NCBI GenBank assembly: GCA_964252035.1
Contig: OZ176208.1
Reading direction: 5' to 3' (one strand)
DNA length: 64,000 nt
DNA from: Podarcis erhardii
Lineage: Eukaryota
The notes beneath the pieces were generated by a model, which saw only the letters and a program-made list of their open reading frames with translations, made no database searches and was not told the origin of the DNA. Shown here one piece after another: positions 61,311-64,000 of the stretch (positions are counted from its first letter, which is position 1; every line of letters starts with the position of its first letter). The position numbers were made by a program, and so were the translations under genes.

Positions 61311-61751
61311 GGACGGAGTGCCTGTTTGCTTGCCCAGACTCCCAGCCGCTTGCAGCACTCAGTATTGTGCTCACCCCATCCTTCAAAAGGAAAGTGCAGG
61401 GGGCATGTCACATCTTAGCTCTTGCCTAGCTGTGCCTTTGCCTTCTCATGTAACGGCTGATTCGTGCAACCTGTGACTTGCCTTATGTACTGTTCTAATC
61501 TGAAAATGAACACCTTTAGCAAAACTGGAGTTCCAGTCCCTCGTGGGTCTGGCAGTGGTTGACAGAAGGTAGGCCTAAGTTGGTCTGCCTTGCTGGAATT
61601 AGTGCATCAGTGCAATTTGAGTGCTCTTTGAAAATAGCCCTCACTGTGCATTTGATGTTCAAGTATCATATCTTGGGCACATAAAATGCTTTTCTTTTCC
61701 CTTTCATTTTTAAATCCATTATTTACATTTTGCTTTTTTATTATTATTCAG

Positions 61752-61819
61752 GTCAATAACATCGGGAAACTGAAAGATTTTCTTCTGCAGCACAGGAAAG
61801 ATTATATTAATGCCTACAG
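61752..61819 (+). CDS. STX18: Syntaxin-18, exon 2 (68 nt)
   Basis: TTCAG|GTC...TACAG|GTAAGT. Encodes VNNIGKLKDFLLQHRKDYINAY(S), matching STX18 (human ISHIGKLRDFLLEHRKDYINAYS). Confidence 0.96.
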
Positions 61820-62450
61820 GTAAGTATTGCAATAGGAACAGTGGGTGGGTGGTGAAGAAGGGAAACATTCTTGGACTGATGCTCTCTCCCTTTGTGGAAA
61901 GCTCTTGTGCTAAATTTCCACTCTGATTACTGAACCTGTTCTCATAGTCAAAGAATGTTAAATTGGTTTCCCTCTGAACAGGAAGAATAAAAGGTTGTGG
62001 TAAAAAAGAAAGCTGTGTTTGTTGAATGAAAAGAAGTTTTGGAACCTTGTCTGTTGTGATGGATTGAGATGGCTGTGGATGCATGGATTCCAGTTCATAC
62101 CTACAGCCTATGCGCTAGGAAGTTGCTGCCGCCACCACCTCCAACCAAAAGACCACAGCCACTTGTGGGATTAAGCCTGCACATGGAATCTGGGGGGCAA
62201 CCAAGCTACCTGCCGCCACCTCGCGTCACTGCCAAGGAAGTCTTTGGTCTGCTTCCCTTTTCGGCTTCGTGCCGTAGCCTGTAGTGTAGAGGTGCTGCCT
62301 TGCTCATGTGGAAAAGCTCTTTGAGCTTGAAAGTCACTTCAGTCAAAACCCAGTGTTCATTTAAAAAAAACATAAACTTGTGGTCTGGGTAAGATAGTAA
62401 AAGAGGAATAAGAAATGGAATGTTGAAGGAAAATGTTGAAGATTATTTCA

Positions 62451-62917
62451 CCTACGGGACCATCCGCCTCTCCCGGTCTGCCCCACGGAGAGCCTCAAGG
62501 TCCATAAATAGCAACACCCTAGTGGTCCCAGGCCCTAAGTAAGTTAGATTGGCTTCGACCAGAGCCAGGGCCTTTTCAACACTGGCTCCGGCCTGGTGGA
62601 ACGCTCTGCCTCATGAGACCAGGGCCCTGCAGGATCTGATTTCTTTCCGCAGGGCCTGTAAGACAGAGTTTTTCCGCCTGGCCTTTGGCTTGGAGCCAGT
62701 TTGATTCCCTCCCTCCCTCTCTTTCTTTTTTCCTTTCCTTCTCCTCCTGCGATGAGGCTACATTTTAATGTTCCATTATTTTAATGTTGTATTTTATTTT
62801 TGTTTTTAAGTTGTAATCATTCATCTTGTTTTTATTATTGCTTGTAAGCCGCTCTGAGCCCGGCCTTGGCTGGGGAGGGCAGGGTATAAATAAAAAATTA
62901 TTATTATTATTATTATT
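62451..62917 (+). mobile_element. Young L2 LINE 3' end in STX18 intron 2, sense orientation, (ATT)7 tail
   Basis: ORF2 end ...VRLASTRARAFSTLAPAWWNALPHETRALQDLISFRRACKTEFFRLAFGLEPV*. Near-identical to 28341-28749. Confidence 0.9.
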
Positions 62918-63326
62918 TGAATATCTAGGCAGTTTCTAAGTGCAGATATGCCCAAGCAGAGATGAAGGACAACTGCTTGAAGTGTGGAAGAAAAAGCTTA
63001 TGGTTTCCATAGTGGGAGGGAAAATATCTTTTGAACACACGCACACACATATATGTACCCTGTTTTTTCACTGACAGGCATTCAAGGCGGCTTATAGATA
63101 AAAATAAGAAATAATCTCTCTTTAATTCTTTTTAGTCACGTGTTAGAATGGTTAAACCACATCACCAGGTGGCAGTGTTCATCTTTTGGATTTAATAGCG
63201 GTATTTGTTTTATGAGAAGAGGTAACTAGTGTGGGAGCAATACCCTGACACTAGTTGCAGTGGACTTAAGGAAACAGAAGCGGAGTGTGGTGAAATAAAA
63301 TTAACAACACTGACTGTTTCCCCCAG

Positions 63327-63442
63327 CCATGTCATGTCTGAGTATGTGCGGATGACAGACACTGAGCGAGACCAGATTGACCAGGATGCCCAGATCTTTA
63401 TGAGAACATGTGCTGATGCAATTCAGCAACTCAGAACAGAAG
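63327..63442 (+). CDS. STX18: Syntaxin-18, exon 3 (116 nt)
   Basis: CCCCAG|C...GAAG|GTAAAT. Encodes [38 protein letters not shown], and phases are consistent with exons 2 and 4. Confidence 0.97.
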
Positions 63443-63534
63443 GTAAATTGATTAAAATAATGTGTGAGTTGTGCCAGATGTTTAAAGCGTTTATCTGCGA
63501 AGCGTAATGCTTTTGTGTTGTTGTTTTTTTTTAG

Positions 63535-63612
63535 CGCACAAGGACATCCATTCCCCACAAGTGAAGCAGCACAGAGAAGCTGTCCTAGATTTCATTGGAG
63601 ACTATTTAAAAA
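63535..63612 (+). CDS. STX18: Syntaxin-18, exon 4 (78 nt); the gene continues beyond the window
   Basis: TTTTAG|CG...AAAA|GTACAT. Encodes (A)HKDIHSPQVKQHREAVLDFIGDYLK, matching human AHKEIHSQQVKEHRTAVLDFIEDYLK. Confidence 0.95.
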
Positions 63613-64000
63613 GTACATATTTTTCTTGAAATTGTGGTGTTTTTTATTTTGTCTAGCCATAATTATTTTCTTTAAGCTTAGACCAAAATGCTGTGCATCG
63701 CTGTAGCCTTTTCATAAGTGCTTCCCTGTTTCCATTGCTGGGACAGCTAGACAGCCAGAGTTGCCGGGTGACAATAAGGCAGTGGTGTAGGGAGGAAAGT
63801 TATAGATATGTTGTGTCCCAAGTAACATTTGTGGGCAACTGGAACCTTGAATTTCAATGCACACAAGTCAACTGGCTTTAAAAAAGCAAAGCAGATTTGA
63901 AACTGACTTTGGAAGGAAAGCTAACAGGAGAAGAGTTTAAGTTAACTTGTTAGGGTATCCCTAACAGGTCCACTAAAATTAACAAGCCCATCAAAAATAT

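Overview
Vertebrate, repeat-rich genomic DNA. It is squamate on repeat content (Sauria SINEs, BovB, CR1, L2, L1, many hAT and Tc1/mariner MITEs) and probably a lacertid lizard (inference). The only host protein-coding gene I can support is syntaxin-18 (STX18) on the + strand. Coding exon 1 (29685-29879) lies in a CpG island, followed by a 31.9-kb intron 1, then exons 2-4 (61752-61819, 63327-63442, 63535-63612); the gene continues past the window end. The 29 kb upstream has no recognisable coding exon. In human, the sequence 5' of STX18 faces MSX1. Most ORF-track entries are chance ORFs or TE fragments. The most striking observation is a non-autonomous hAT element with a perfect 8-bp TSD (30146-30654), 266 bp inside STX18 intron 1. 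Its interior is GC-rich, host-like DNA ending in a start codon plus about 20 codons resembling the N-terminus of the XL isoform of GNAL (MGLCYSLRPRLFG). A cargo-free member of the same family is at 645-814, so this looks like Pack-type gene-fragment capture. Other notable structures are a probable composite hAT unit (31518-32338), a multi-layer nested TE stack (37.8-41.3 kb) and a MITE with a 31-bp hairpin (55855-56532). All family and gene assignments come from recognition, not database searches.
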